A stretch of 64,000 bases of DNA from a virus (taxonomy: Duplodnaviria; Caudoviricetes), in the IMG/VR virus record IMGVR_UViG_3300031414_000005; one strand, given 5' to 3'. The notes under the pieces were generated by a model. The model saw only the letters and a list, made by a program, of their open reading frames with translations. It searched no databases and was not told the DNA's origin. A program made the translations under genes and the position numbers. This document shows positions 17,260 through 25,900 of this stretch, piece by piece; position 1 is the stretch's first letter; each line of letters begins with the position of its first letter.

Positions 17260-18693
17260 ATGTTACTGCCAAGCTTCTCTGCTGCTATTAAACGTGCAGC
17301 CCCTATTCGTCCTGCTCTTAACCTTGGCCCAGGTTGGGATATCATGTCCGGTGAGTACGTCGAAGGCGTGCACGGTGAGATGATCCTGAACGGCGGTATG
17401 TTTCCGTTCACCGGTGTGGCCGGTGGCACCAACAGTTTTAAAACGGGTATTCTCGCTCACTGGATGAGCCGTGTGCTGCACCGTTATGTCAACAGTAACT
17501 CTGTGTTCTATGACGCTGAGGAAACCTTTGTCCGCAGTCGTTTCTACCGTTTGTACGACCGTGTGTCTAATCAGACGGGTGCCGGTGAAGCGCTGGAGCA
17601 CGAAGGTCGTTTTAACATGTTTGACCGTTCTGCTATGACCGGTGATCAGTGGTTTGAAACCACCGTCAAAGAGTACAGCGACATGAAGGTCGAACACAAA
17701 GGGGCGATGGGTACCACCCCGTTCAGGAACCTGGATGGCACCCCGTACAAATACCCGCACCCGACCGCCAACTTTGCAGACTCCTTAACCGAGATGCGTT
17801 TCCGCTTGGTGGATGCTCGCTTTGAAGATAATGACATCGGTGCCAGCGAGTCCAACACCCGTGACATGCGCATCAGTAACGCCAAGCGTGTGCTGATCGA
17901 AGATATCCCGATGTACACCAACCGTGGGGGTATTTACGTCACCATGACCGCGCAGGTGGGTAAAGAGATCTCGATCGATGGCAAACCCCAGAAAAAGAAA
18001 ACCACCTTTATGAAACAAGGTGAGAAGCTGGACAAATGCCCGCCAGCTTTCTATCGCCTACCGAATATCACCTGGATCATTGAAACCGGTGCGCCAGTGT
18101 TAGCCAGTGATAATAAATCCTGGATGTACCCGTCACCGTACGGCAAAGACTCTTTTGTTGGGGATGACGGTAAGAACAACCCGGATCTGATGGAGTACTC
18201 GGTTCGTCCACTGCGCAGTAAAGGGAACGGGGCCGGTGTGGCCTGGTCGTTCATTGCTTCACAGCGTGAAGGGTATCTGCCGGGTCTGACTGCGTACCAC
18301 TTCTGTAAGTCAACCAACTACTTCGGTCTGCCGGGGAACAACACCACCCATGAGTGTGCTTTCCTGCCGGGCAAGAAGTTTGGCCGTACCACCGTGCGTG
18401 AACTGCTGAACAAAGAGCCAAAGCTGGAGCGTGCATTAGAGTTCCTGATGGACATGGCGGTGATGCAATTGTATTGGTACGAGCGCGACCCAAAATACAA
18501 CATCGACCCAGTGGATCTGTATAACACACTGAAAGATAAAGGGTATGACTGGGATGTGATCCTCACCCAAACACGGTCATGGTGGACCTATGAAGAAGAT
18601 AAGCACCCGCTGAACTTCCTGAGCACCATGGACCTCCTGCGCATGTATACCGGTGAGTACCATCCGTATTGGATGGCACCGTTAGCGAAATAA
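17260..18693 (+). CDS. uvsX: UvsX/RecA-like recombinase (phiKZ gp152-like)
   Basis: Divergent P-loop GVAGGTNSFKT, YDAEE, Walker B-like ADSLT, MTAQVG; position between RNase H and the vRNAP beta-C gene. Confidence 0.8.
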   Translation: MLLPSFSAAIKRAAPIRPALNLGPGWDIMSGEYVEGVHGEMILNGGMFPFTGVAGGTNSFKTGILAHWMSRVLHRYVNSNSVFYDAEETFVRSRFYRLYDRVSNQTGAGEALEHEGRFNMFDRSAMTGDQWFETTVKEYSDMKVEHKGAMGTTPFRNLDGTPYKYPHPTANFADSLTEMRFRLVDARFEDNDIGASESNTRDMRISNAKRVLIEDIPMYTNRGGIYVTMTAQVGKEISIDGKPQKKKTTFMKQGEKLDKCPPAFYRLPNITWIIETGAPVLASDNKSWMYPSPYGKDSFVGDDGKNNPDLMEYSVRPLRSKGNGAGVAWSFIASQREGYLPGLTAYHFCKSTNYFGLPGNNTTHECAFLPGKKFGRTTVRELLNKEPKLERALEFLMDMAVMQLYWYERDPKYNIDPVDLYNTLKDKGYDWDVILTQTRSWWTYEEDKHPLNFLSTMDLLRMYTGEYHPYWMAPLAK

Positions 18694-18701
18694 TGTTTTG
18701 G

Positions 18702-18729
18702 TGTGGGGGTTAATACCCCCACATCTTTT
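18702..18729 (+). terminator. intrinsic terminator TGTGGGGGT-TAAT-ACCCCCACA
   Basis: 9-bp stem plus TCTTTT after uvsX. Confidence 0.75.
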
Positions 18730-18745
18730 ATTGAGGTTTTTATTT

Positions 18746-19135
18746 ATGAGCGACGAGTTTCAGCCCCCGGGCAAAACCGCTTTCAACGTGATGGTCATCT
18801 GTGAGCCGGAGTTTAACCGTGCCGAACCCATCCCTTTATTGGCCAAGATCGCTGAGGGATTAAGCGAACAATACGACAGCCTGGAGCTTCAGTTCCAGAC
18901 CGTGAGTGGGAAATACGGTATCCGTGCTGGGCATGAAGTGCACGAGGCGTATCGCAGCCTGGTGATCCACGATATCGAAGACCGCACCAAAACCACGTTT
19001 GTGGACTGTGTGGAAAACCTGTTCTACGACATCGATCTGCTGGTGATCTTTGGCAAGCACAACAACTCGGTACTCAATGCGGTGTTGAGCAAATCCTTGG
19101 ACCACCATATCTCAGGCAAAGTCTACGGCTATTGA
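18746..19135 (+). CDS. hypothetical protein (129 aa)
   Basis: GAGG RBS before ATG18746 (the track start lies inside the terminator). Confidence 0.75.
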   Translation: MSDEFQPPGKTAFNVMVICEPEFNRAEPIPLLAKIAEGLSEQYDSLELQFQTVSGKYGIRAGHEVHEAYRSLVIHDIEDRTKTTFVDCVENLFYDIDLLVIFGKHNNSVLNAVLSKSLDHHISGKVYGY

Positions 19136-19177
19136 GTCATGTCAATCGTGTGACAAATATGCAATTGAGGTATTACC

Positions 19178-19855
19178 ATGGCTATGCCCGCTTACCGCAA
19201 AGAAATCCAGGAATGGATCATTGAGAAATACGGTAATCTGATCCCTGGGTCGGGTAACCGCGAGATCTACATCAATTACTTCGCCAAACTCAGCGATGCC
19301 GAGTTCGATGCAATGATGGAAAAGATGATCCGTGATGACGACGTGTTTCCATTCTATTCTCCGAACTTCGATAAAGAGAAGCTCACCCCAGATCGCCTGT
19401 TTAAACTGGCTGACGAGGTGAACCTCGAATACATGCAACGTCTGTGGATGAACGACCACACCACCGGGTTGCGTCACCTCACCCCCATCCCGTATCTGGT
19501 TGGTGAGATTCCCCTGCGTATCCAGCAACAGCTGTTGGTGAAAAAGCAATCAGAAGCCCGTGACAACAACGAGGTCGATGACTTGACTAACCAACCTCGT
19601 GGGGAGTCCAAAGGTGGCTCGCTGTCTTATCCTGAATTCCAGGTACTGTACACCATGGGATTGAAATACACCATCGAGGAGATATTCTCGGTTCGTGGTG
19701 GGGATGAGAAAGCGTTCCGTGCGTACACCAAAGAACTGGTGAACAACGGTGGGGTGTCTATCAATGCCGTGAAGGCTGAAGGCAGCAAGCCGAAATCCGC
19801 TAAAACGGTGGCTGCTGTGTTTAACGCCATGCACCTGGCCAACAACTTCGCATAA
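19178..19855 (+). CDS. rpoB: virion RNA polymerase beta subunit, C-terminal fragment (phiKZ gp149-like)
   Basis: [27 protein letters not shown] aligns by eye with RpoB [40 protein letters not shown] corresponds to TLQEMLTVKSDD. Confidence 0.85.
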   Translation: [225 protein letters not shown]

Positions 19856-19863
19856 GGTCTGTT

Positions 19864-20424
19864 ATGAGCCGAGAACAATTAGGGGCATTGCTCCAGCTGA
19901 TCCAACCTACACGTTCCGCGCCCGGCACCCAGTTAGACCGGGCTAAAGCCGCAATGTGCCAGTTTTGCTCTGAGTGGTACACCGACATCAGGCTCAGCTA
20001 TCTCAACGAACCCAAGAAACTGGATGAGGACGACGAATACAAAGCCGTCCGGGGTCTGGTGCTGGAAAAGGTCCATGGGATCAACAGTGTGCGCTTCTTA
20101 AAAGACGACGTGGTCAAGACCTTGTGGCGCGAGCTCTCTGCCAGCCCCATCAAGTTTAACTTCGTGCACGCAGCCTCATCGTACCTGTCCAACCAGATTG
20201 CCACAATCGACTCAACCGGTTGGGCGACCTTGATCGATGAGATCAGTCGGGCAGAATCAGCACTGAGTGACTCCAAGACCGTCGATGACGCGTCCCGCAG
20301 CGAGAACCTGGAACTGTTGCCGAACCTCACCCTGGTGAAAACCCTGCTGGAAAACTACCCGTGGATGGTCACGTTGTATGTGATCATGCGCTGTCGTTAC
20401 ACCAAACTGTTCACCGAGGTGTGA
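19864..20424 (+). CDS. conserved hypothetical protein (186 aa)
   Basis: AAGG RBS; in operon with the vRNAP gene. Confidence 0.8.
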   Translation: MSREQLGALLQLIQPTRSAPGTQLDRAKAAMCQFCSEWYTDIRLSYLNEPKKLDEDDEYKAVRGLVLEKVHGINSVRFLKDDVVKTLWRELSASPIKFNFVHAASSYLSNQIATIDSTGWATLIDEISRAESALSDSKTVDDASRSENLELLPNLTLVKTLLENYPWMVTLYVIMRCRYTKLFTEV

Positions 20425-20425
20425 C

Positions 20426-21142
20426 ATGAACGACAATCAAATCGGGATCCTGGCTGAGCTTGACGTGTTTCTGGATGCGCGTCTGGCGGTGTTGAAATCC
20501 ATGGAGCCAGATAACTGGCAGGCATTGTTCGGTAGTTGGTACCGGGAACGCACCAGTGACAACTTTGAACGGGTCAACACCAACGTGAGCCAGGCCGCGT
20601 ACGAAGCACTGTACGAAACCCGTGGCACCGACTTGTTCCAGCACATGGACATGACCCCGCTGGCCAACCAGCTTACCCACCTGGTGTTAAACCGGGCCGG
20701 GGTATTGGGGATGCCGGTGACCACACAGGTCATCGACCTGGATGTCAATTTCTACCCGTACCAGATGAGCGATGAAGACAAAGAGTTCGTGTTGTCATGC
20801 ATTGGCGCTTACACCAGTCAGGTGGTGCAACTTCATGCGGTGTACCTGTCGCCTGAGGAGATCACCCCGGCTAAAGTCAAAGCCCAATGGCAACATGTCT
20901 TTATGTACGACTTCGACGGTTGGGTCGGCCCACACCTGGAGGCTTTGAAGTCCACGCCCTTACCGGGGGTCAACTTCTACATTCCCAAGCTTTACAAAAG
21001 CAGCAAGACACTGGAGGAGATCGCAAACTCCCGTGAACGCCTCAGCAGTATCTCGCCGTTTGACTTCCAGGTGCAGTTAATGGTGGGGGTGTTTCAGCTG
21101 AACTATGTTGAGCCCGAACTCTACTCCGCAAAACCGACTTAA
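20426..21142 (+). CDS. conserved hypothetical protein (238 aa)
   Basis: GAGG RBS; tightly coupled to the upstream gene. Confidence 0.8.
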   Translation: MNDNQIGILAELDVFLDARLAVLKSMEPDNWQALFGSWYRERTSDNFERVNTNVSQAAYEALYETRGTDLFQHMDMTPLANQLTHLVLNRAGVLGMPVTTQVIDLDVNFYPYQMSDEDKEFVLSCIGAYTSQVVQLHAVYLSPEEITPAKVKAQWQHVFMYDFDGWVGPHLEALKSTPLPGVNFYIPKLYKSSKTLEEIANSRERLSSISPFDFQVQLMVGVFQLNYVEPELYSAKPT

Positions 21143-21144
21143 AT

Positions 21145-21166
21145 AGGGAGGGCGTTTGCCCTCCCT
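21145..21166. terminator. hairpin AGGGAGGGC-GTTT-GCCCTCCCT between convergent genes
   Basis: 9-bp perfect stem. Confidence 0.7.
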
Positions 21167-21174
21167 CTGGTCTG

Positions 21175-21588
21175 CTAATCATGGCCAACGATTTGTTCAA
21201 AGGTGATGACTTCGGTGCCGATGTAGATTTCGTGTTCCGGAACATCGATTTCATCCAGCACCCCGTCAATATCCACCGGGACCGGAATCGCCTGGACCTC
21301 GACAGTATCGTGCGGGTTGCGGGCTTGGTCGAGAATTGCACCGGTCGCCATGGAAGCGGCGGCCAACAGTACCGCGGCGGCTGCCTGGACATCCTGGGAG
21401 TTCTGTGCATCCTGCGCCAGTTTCTTCTTGGACATCACGATGCTCTCGGCATCCTTTAAGCCACCGAGATAGACCTTGGCCACTTTGGGGTCGACGTACG
21501 CCGATGGTTCCAGGACATCAAGCAGCCCTAGCCGCTTGTTCTGCATCCTTTTCAGGATCGCGTCGTCGTCTAAAGCTGATTCAGACAT
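21175..21588 (-). CDS. hypothetical protein (137 aa), acidic C-terminus
   Basis: GAGGT RBS on the minus strand. Confidence 0.75.
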   Translation of the reverse strand: MSESALDDDAILKRMQNKRLGLLDVLEPSAYVDPKVAKVYLGGLKDAESIVMSKKKLAQDAQNSQDVQAAAAVLLAAASMATGAILDQARNPHDTVEVQAIPVPVDIDGVLDEIDVPEHEIYIGTEVITFEQIVGHD

Positions 21589-21607
21589 AACACACCTCGT
21601 TAAATAA

Positions 21608-21636
21608 AATTAGACCTATATTACTGTTATGTAATA
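21608..21636 (+). promoter_or_regulatory. promoter core CTATATTAC (short form)
   Basis: Exact TATATTAC upstream of gene 21654; lacks the upstream TGCAG box. Confidence 0.6.
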
Positions 21637-21653
21637 GGTAACGGAGTATTCCA

Positions 21654-22196
21654 GTGATGGGCTTATTTTCAGTTGGTAAATGGGTGAACAACCGCATGCT
21701 CAGGCGTAAGCTGGAGCAGTTGGAAACCACCATGGCTGACCATCGAGTCAACCTCAATAATCAAAAGGCATTAGAAGGCCTATATGATCTGTCGGTAAAC
21801 CTGGTGCATGTCCCCATTCGCAACCAATTGTTGTACGGTGAGACATTCACGTTGTATTCCCAAACCGCCGGCGAGTTCTTAACCCAACTCACCATGATTC
21901 GTCATTTCATTGAAACTGGAGAAATCGATCTCAGTAAAGTCACAAGCAGAAAAGCTCCTCACGACAGCACCATTTATGACTGGTGTACTTCTGAAGATAA
22001 TTATATCCTGGACTTCTACGAGTTCATCGATAGTGTGCGTTCTGAGTTCCGCTACATAGTACAATTACTTTCAAAAGAGAATGAGCAGCATAAACGCATC
22101 CGACAACGCCTTAACCAGGGAACCGTCAGTTATGTTGTCGGTGAGCTACTGCGCGTGGCCCATCTGTATTTATCGCTCATGAAGAACAGCTTATAA
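21654..22196 (+). CDS. conserved hypothetical protein (180 aa)
   Basis: GGAG RBS. Confidence 0.8.
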   Translation: MMGLFSVGKWVNNRMLRRKLEQLETTMADHRVNLNNQKALEGLYDLSVNLVHVPIRNQLLYGETFTLYSQTAGEFLTQLTMIRHFIETGEIDLSKVTSRKAPHDSTIYDWCTSEDNYILDFYEFIDSVRSEFRYIVQLLSKENEQHKRIRQRLNQGTVSYVVGELLRVAHLYLSLMKNSL

Positions 22197-22218
22197 TACA
22201 AACATAGGTAACCCTTTT

Positions 22219-22596
22219 ATGGACAAGAAAACCCCCCGTGAGAAAATGATTGATTTACTCAGTCATCCGCTGAAAGGTAGCACTGACACGACGGACATTC
22301 TTACGCGGATCTTTCGCATGATCCTGCAAGGCGAAGCCATTACCCCGGACCGATGGAACCTCCTCATCGAACGTTACCTTCGCAAGATGGAAAACTTCCG
22401 GACATTGGACTCACACAAAGCAGGCACCATCCGTGGCAACCTCAATAAAGCCTTTATTGAGAAACCCAAAATGACGTTTAACACGTTAAAGCGTGGTATT
22501 CAGTTTCTTGGCTTCGACGAAATGGAGATTGTGTTGCGGTTAAAGAAAGGCAACAAAGTTTCCGAGTACACCGAGAAAGTCAAGTTCAACAAATAA
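22219..22596 (+). CDS. conserved basic hypothetical protein, possibly DNA-binding (125 aa)
   Basis: AGGT RBS; basic, with a helical C-terminal segment. Confidence 0.75.
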   Translation: MDKKTPREKMIDLLSHPLKGSTDTTDILTRIFRMILQGEAITPDRWNLLIERYLRKMENFRTLDSHKAGTIRGNLNKAFIEKPKMTFNTLKRGIQFLGFDEMEIVLRLKKGNKVSEYTEKVKFNK

Positions 22597-22611
22597 TGGT
22601 ATGCCCAGGAT

Positions 22612-22660
22612 GAGTCAGACTGCTTCGGCGGTCTGACTTCCTTCTGCTTTATTTTTTTTG
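22612..22660 (+). terminator. hairpin GAGTCAGACTGC-TTCG-GCGGTCTGACTT plus U tract
   Basis: 12-bp stem with G-U pairs and UUCG loop. Confidence 0.75.
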
Positions 22661-22677
22661 GTTTCGGAGTCGCAATC

Positions 22678-23808
22678 ATGACGGATTTTGCCAGTTCCAT
22701 TTTTGACCTGCCGGGGAAGCTCTTAACCAGCGATCTCAGCAACGGATTGTCCTCTGCCATGAAAGGGGCTCAGGATCTTGCCAACACCACCCTGGACAAA
22801 GCCAGTGGCACATTTAACAGTGTCGCCAAAGACACGCTGGCGTTAGTGGATAAAGAATCCCTGGCGGCCACTACACAGCTGACCAATTTCATTGACCAAC
22901 AGCGCGGGTTACTCAGTCAGACCCTGGACAAGCTTAAAAACGGGTCGGTGAACCTCAGCACCATTGCCCAAGCCGTGGATTTTAAAGACGGTTTGAAAGT
23001 TGATAAGGATGTATTACTGAACCGCGTGAGCTCTGCGCTGGGGTTCCCGGTATCCAGTGTGGACGGGTTTGGTGACAGCATCAAGGATTCATTGCTGCAA
23101 AAGATGGACAGCCTGAGCAATGGCTTGGTGGGGAGTGTGGTCACCAATAACGGTGGTAGCATTGCACTCAATGGCCAATGGCGAGAAAACGTCACCAACG
23201 GGGTACTGGGTTTCCTCGGTCGAATCTCGGGCGATGATGACGCTATCAGTAAAGTGGTGGACAACCCGGCCACGTCATCGTTCTTTGATGCCTTGATGGG
23301 GCAGACGATCAAAGTCGGCTTGTTCGATGGGATTGGGACGATCGCCAACAATTACTACCGGGAGAGCGACGCCAAGAAAGCCATTGCGAAGTATTCCTAT
23401 TACGCCGTGCAGCAGGCTGATATCCCCACCATCAGTGCTATCGTGGACCAGATTGGCTCGCCGGCGATGGTAGCCAAGAACCCGGACACCATCAACAGCA
23501 TTCTGACCGGTTATGCGTTTAAGGTGGGTACCCTGGCAAGCGACTACCCGGCACTGGCCAGCGAGTTACTCGCTACCCTGGCGAAGATTGACCCAAACTG
23601 GTGGATCATTAACTTCATGGGTGAACCCATGGTTAACTATGCGATTTTCCAGAACATCTCACCGGATGCATTGTTACTGTTGCGCACCGAGCAACGTTTT
23701 GCCGCAGCCTGTGTGCTGGCCCCTAATTACCGCACCCAGTCACAGATCAGTTTAGTGCGGGCGCAGTACCCGTTACTGGCCATTGCCGCCAACCAATCAG
23801 AAACCTAA
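22678..23808 (+). CDS. putative virion structural protein (376 aa)
   Basis: GGAG RBS; next to the baseplate/tape measure block. Confidence 0.6.
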   Translation: MTDFASSIFDLPGKLLTSDLSNGLSSAMKGAQDLANTTLDKASGTFNSVAKDTLALVDKESLAATTQLTNFIDQQRGLLSQTLDKLKNGSVNLSTIAQAVDFKDGLKVDKDVLLNRVSSALGFPVSSVDGFGDSIKDSLLQKMDSLSNGLVGSVVTNNGGSIALNGQWRENVTNGVLGFLGRISGDDDAISKVVDNPATSSFFDALMGQTIKVGLFDGIGTIANNYYRESDAKKAIAKYSYYAVQQADIPTISAIVDQIGSPAMVAKNPDTINSILTGYAFKVGTLASDYPALASELLATLAKIDPNWWIINFMGEPMVNYAIFQNISPDALLLLRTEQRFAAACVLAPNYRTQSQISLVRAQYPLLAIAANQSET

Positions 23809-23840
23809 AAAAGAGGAGCCCACACGGGCTCCTCTATTAA
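23809..23840. terminator. bidirectional terminator, identical to 16345 copy
   Basis: AAAAGAGGAGCCCACACGGGCTCCTCT between convergent genes. Confidence 0.85.
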
Positions 23841-25846
23841 CGCGGTATGTAATCGCTAAACGCCCGCAACACATCCCCACTGATCGAGCCTGCAAAGCTT
23901 GAGGCCATCTGACGCGGGTCCACCCATTTCTCGATATCCAGGGAGAGCTTACTCAACCGTTTACCGAGGTTAATGGATTTCAGCAGGTTGTCATTGAATG
24001 ACGTCGCTGCGATGGTGTTCATGTAGTCGTTGTACTTGGTATCATCACCAAAGATCTGTTGGGACACCACACGGGCAGGACCGGCAATATCTGACGGCTT
24101 GATAATGTTGGTGGTCGGCACCGTGATGATAGAGGACAGGTCCATCACCTGAATCGTCACATCCACTGCCAGCGGTTTCTTGTCCTTTGACCACCCCACA
24201 TTCCCGGTACCACGTTCTACACGGATGCTGGAGATCATGGAGAGGTTCGAGATCCAACGCCCCTGACTGAACAACGAACACAAGAACGGTGCGGTATAAG
24301 ACGCAGCACCGGTGGCTCGCGGCATCGCCCCGGCTAACAACAAGCACAGTGGTACATAGATCTTGTTGATGATGCTAATGGGGTGTGCGTAGGTGGCCCT
24401 GAGCTGGAAGGTGTAGGACTCGCTCGGCAAGTCACAGTTTGACCCGTTCCAGTGTTTGGGGATGTCCACATACGACTGACCGGCTAACATCATCGGCAGA
24501 CCGCCGATCACCGAGCCCGAGATAAACCCGTTGACGACTGACATCACCGAATCTTTAAACGCATCGATGACCCCAATCCCGGTGTTACCGCCCGAGAACG
24601 TAAACGCCGCTTCCGACACCTGAGACGTCACCCCGTTCAATTGCTGGGATAACTGCGACTCTGCGGCACTGTTACTGAACGTCTCGCCAATCGATCCCAC
24701 GTTGTCGACTTTAAAGCCCACGTAGTTCCCGCCGTTGTGCAGTTCGTCCAACAGATGTTGATAGAGTTTGGTGGTGAACGAGGTTTCTTTTTTCTCTTCA
24801 GAATAAGTAAAGCCCGATCCCATGTTACCCGATTCATCGATGGTGTACTGTCCGGCCGGTTCCGGGGTGTTCAGTTCGTTCTCATCCAGCTTCCCGAGGC
24901 CCGCCTGCAAGTAAGAGGACAAGTACCCGTCTGACTTGTTGGCTTTCTGTGACTCGTTGTTGCTGTTGTACGTCCAGTTCTGCTGATGGTTGGTGAACAG
25001 CTTGCTCATCTGGTCATAACCCTGTGCGGACGTGGAGTCCAGTCGGGTTTTCAACGCACTGAGCCAGGAGCGGTATTTACGGGCACCGCGGTTTGCCACG
25101 TACAGCAGGTCCACCGTCCCGTCTTCCCGGTAGATGTTCGGGTAGAGGCTCGCCACTTTCTTAAAGCTGTTGACGTTGTCACCACCGTAATCCCAGGTCG
25201 AGAGGTTCTGTCCTGCCTGTAACCCTTCGGTGACTTTCTCACCACCGTGTTTGGTACGGAACAAGGTCTTGACCCAACCGGAGTTGATCAACAGCTGGTT
25301 CAACATCGACTCGGCGGTTTTCCAGTACAACGGCATGGTGGACTTCATGTAGTAATACTGGGTTTTTGGCATCCCCATGAAGTAACGGATGGTGTTCACC
25401 CCGATCGACGCTAACTGGAGCGGCCAAAAGGTGATCGCACCCAACGCTTCCCCAGCGGCAAAGAACCAGTCATCCATACGGCCTTTACGGGCCAGCACCG
25501 ACTGCTTAGGATCAAACATGTTCATGAAGAACGTCAAGATGCCGTTAAACTCCGGCACCCCGAACTGTAAATAGATGACGTTGGCATTGTCATCAATCAC
25601 ATCACTGTAAAACCGACCCATCCCACCGTACTGGTCATTAAAGAAACGACTCACCCGGGGATCAGCCACCGGACTGAATTGGGGCGGGGGGTTAATCCAC
25701 AGATTCCCACCTAACGTGGTATCGGTGAATTTGTGCATAGCCGAAGAATAAGAACGGCGATTCAGAATCACCTTGTCCACGTTCGCGTCAGCGATACGGA
25801 ACGCTTGTTGAAGATAATCGCGGTCACGAAGACTGGTCGTCGCCAT
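23837..25846 (-). CDS. virion structural protein, baseplate hub/tail-tip type (phiKZ gp182-like)
   Basis: Follows the tape measure gene; GAGGT RBS before ATG25846; C-terminal tube-like motif (SSIRVERGTG.VGW..D..PLAVDVTIQ). Confidence 0.7.
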   Translation of the reverse strand: MATTSLRDRDYLQQAFRIADANVDKVILNRRSYSSAMHKFTDTTLGGNLWINPPPQFSPVADPRVSRFFNDQYGGMGRFYSDVIDDNANVIYLQFGVPEFNGILTFFMNMFDPKQSVLARKGRMDDWFFAAGEALGAITFWPLQLASIGVNTIRYFMGMPKTQYYYMKSTMPLYWKTAESMLNQLLINSGWVKTLFRTKHGGEKVTEGLQAGQNLSTWDYGGDNVNSFKKVASLYPNIYREDGTVDLLYVANRGARKYRSWLSALKTRLDSTSAQGYDQMSKLFTNHQQNWTYNSNNESQKANKSDGYLSSYLQAGLGKLDENELNTPEPAGQYTIDESGNMGSGFTYSEEKKETSFTTKLYQHLLDELHNGGNYVGFKVDNVGSIGETFSNSAAESQLSQQLNGVTSQVSEAAFTFSGGNTGIGVIDAFKDSVMSVVNGFISGSVIGGLPMMLAGQSYVDIPKHWNGSNCDLPSESYTFQLRATYAHPISIINKIYVPLCLLLAGAMPRATGAASYTAPFLCSLFSQGRWISNLSMISSIRVERGTGNVGWSKDKKPLAVDVTIQVMDLSSIITVPTTNIIKPSDIAGPARVVSQQIFGDDTKYNDYMNTIAATSFNDNLLKSINLGKRLSKLSLDIEKWVDPRQMASSFAGSISGDVLRAFSDYIPR

Positions 25847-25859
25847 GTTGTACCTCATT

Positions 25860-25892
25860 AAAAGGGAGGGAGGGGGTTGCCCACCCTCCCTT
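25860..25892 (-). terminator. GC-rich hairpin plus U tract after the tape measure gene
   Basis: GGGAGGG...CCCTCCC inverted repeat with TTTT on the minus strand. Confidence 0.6.
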
Positions 25893-25900
25893 ATTTACCG

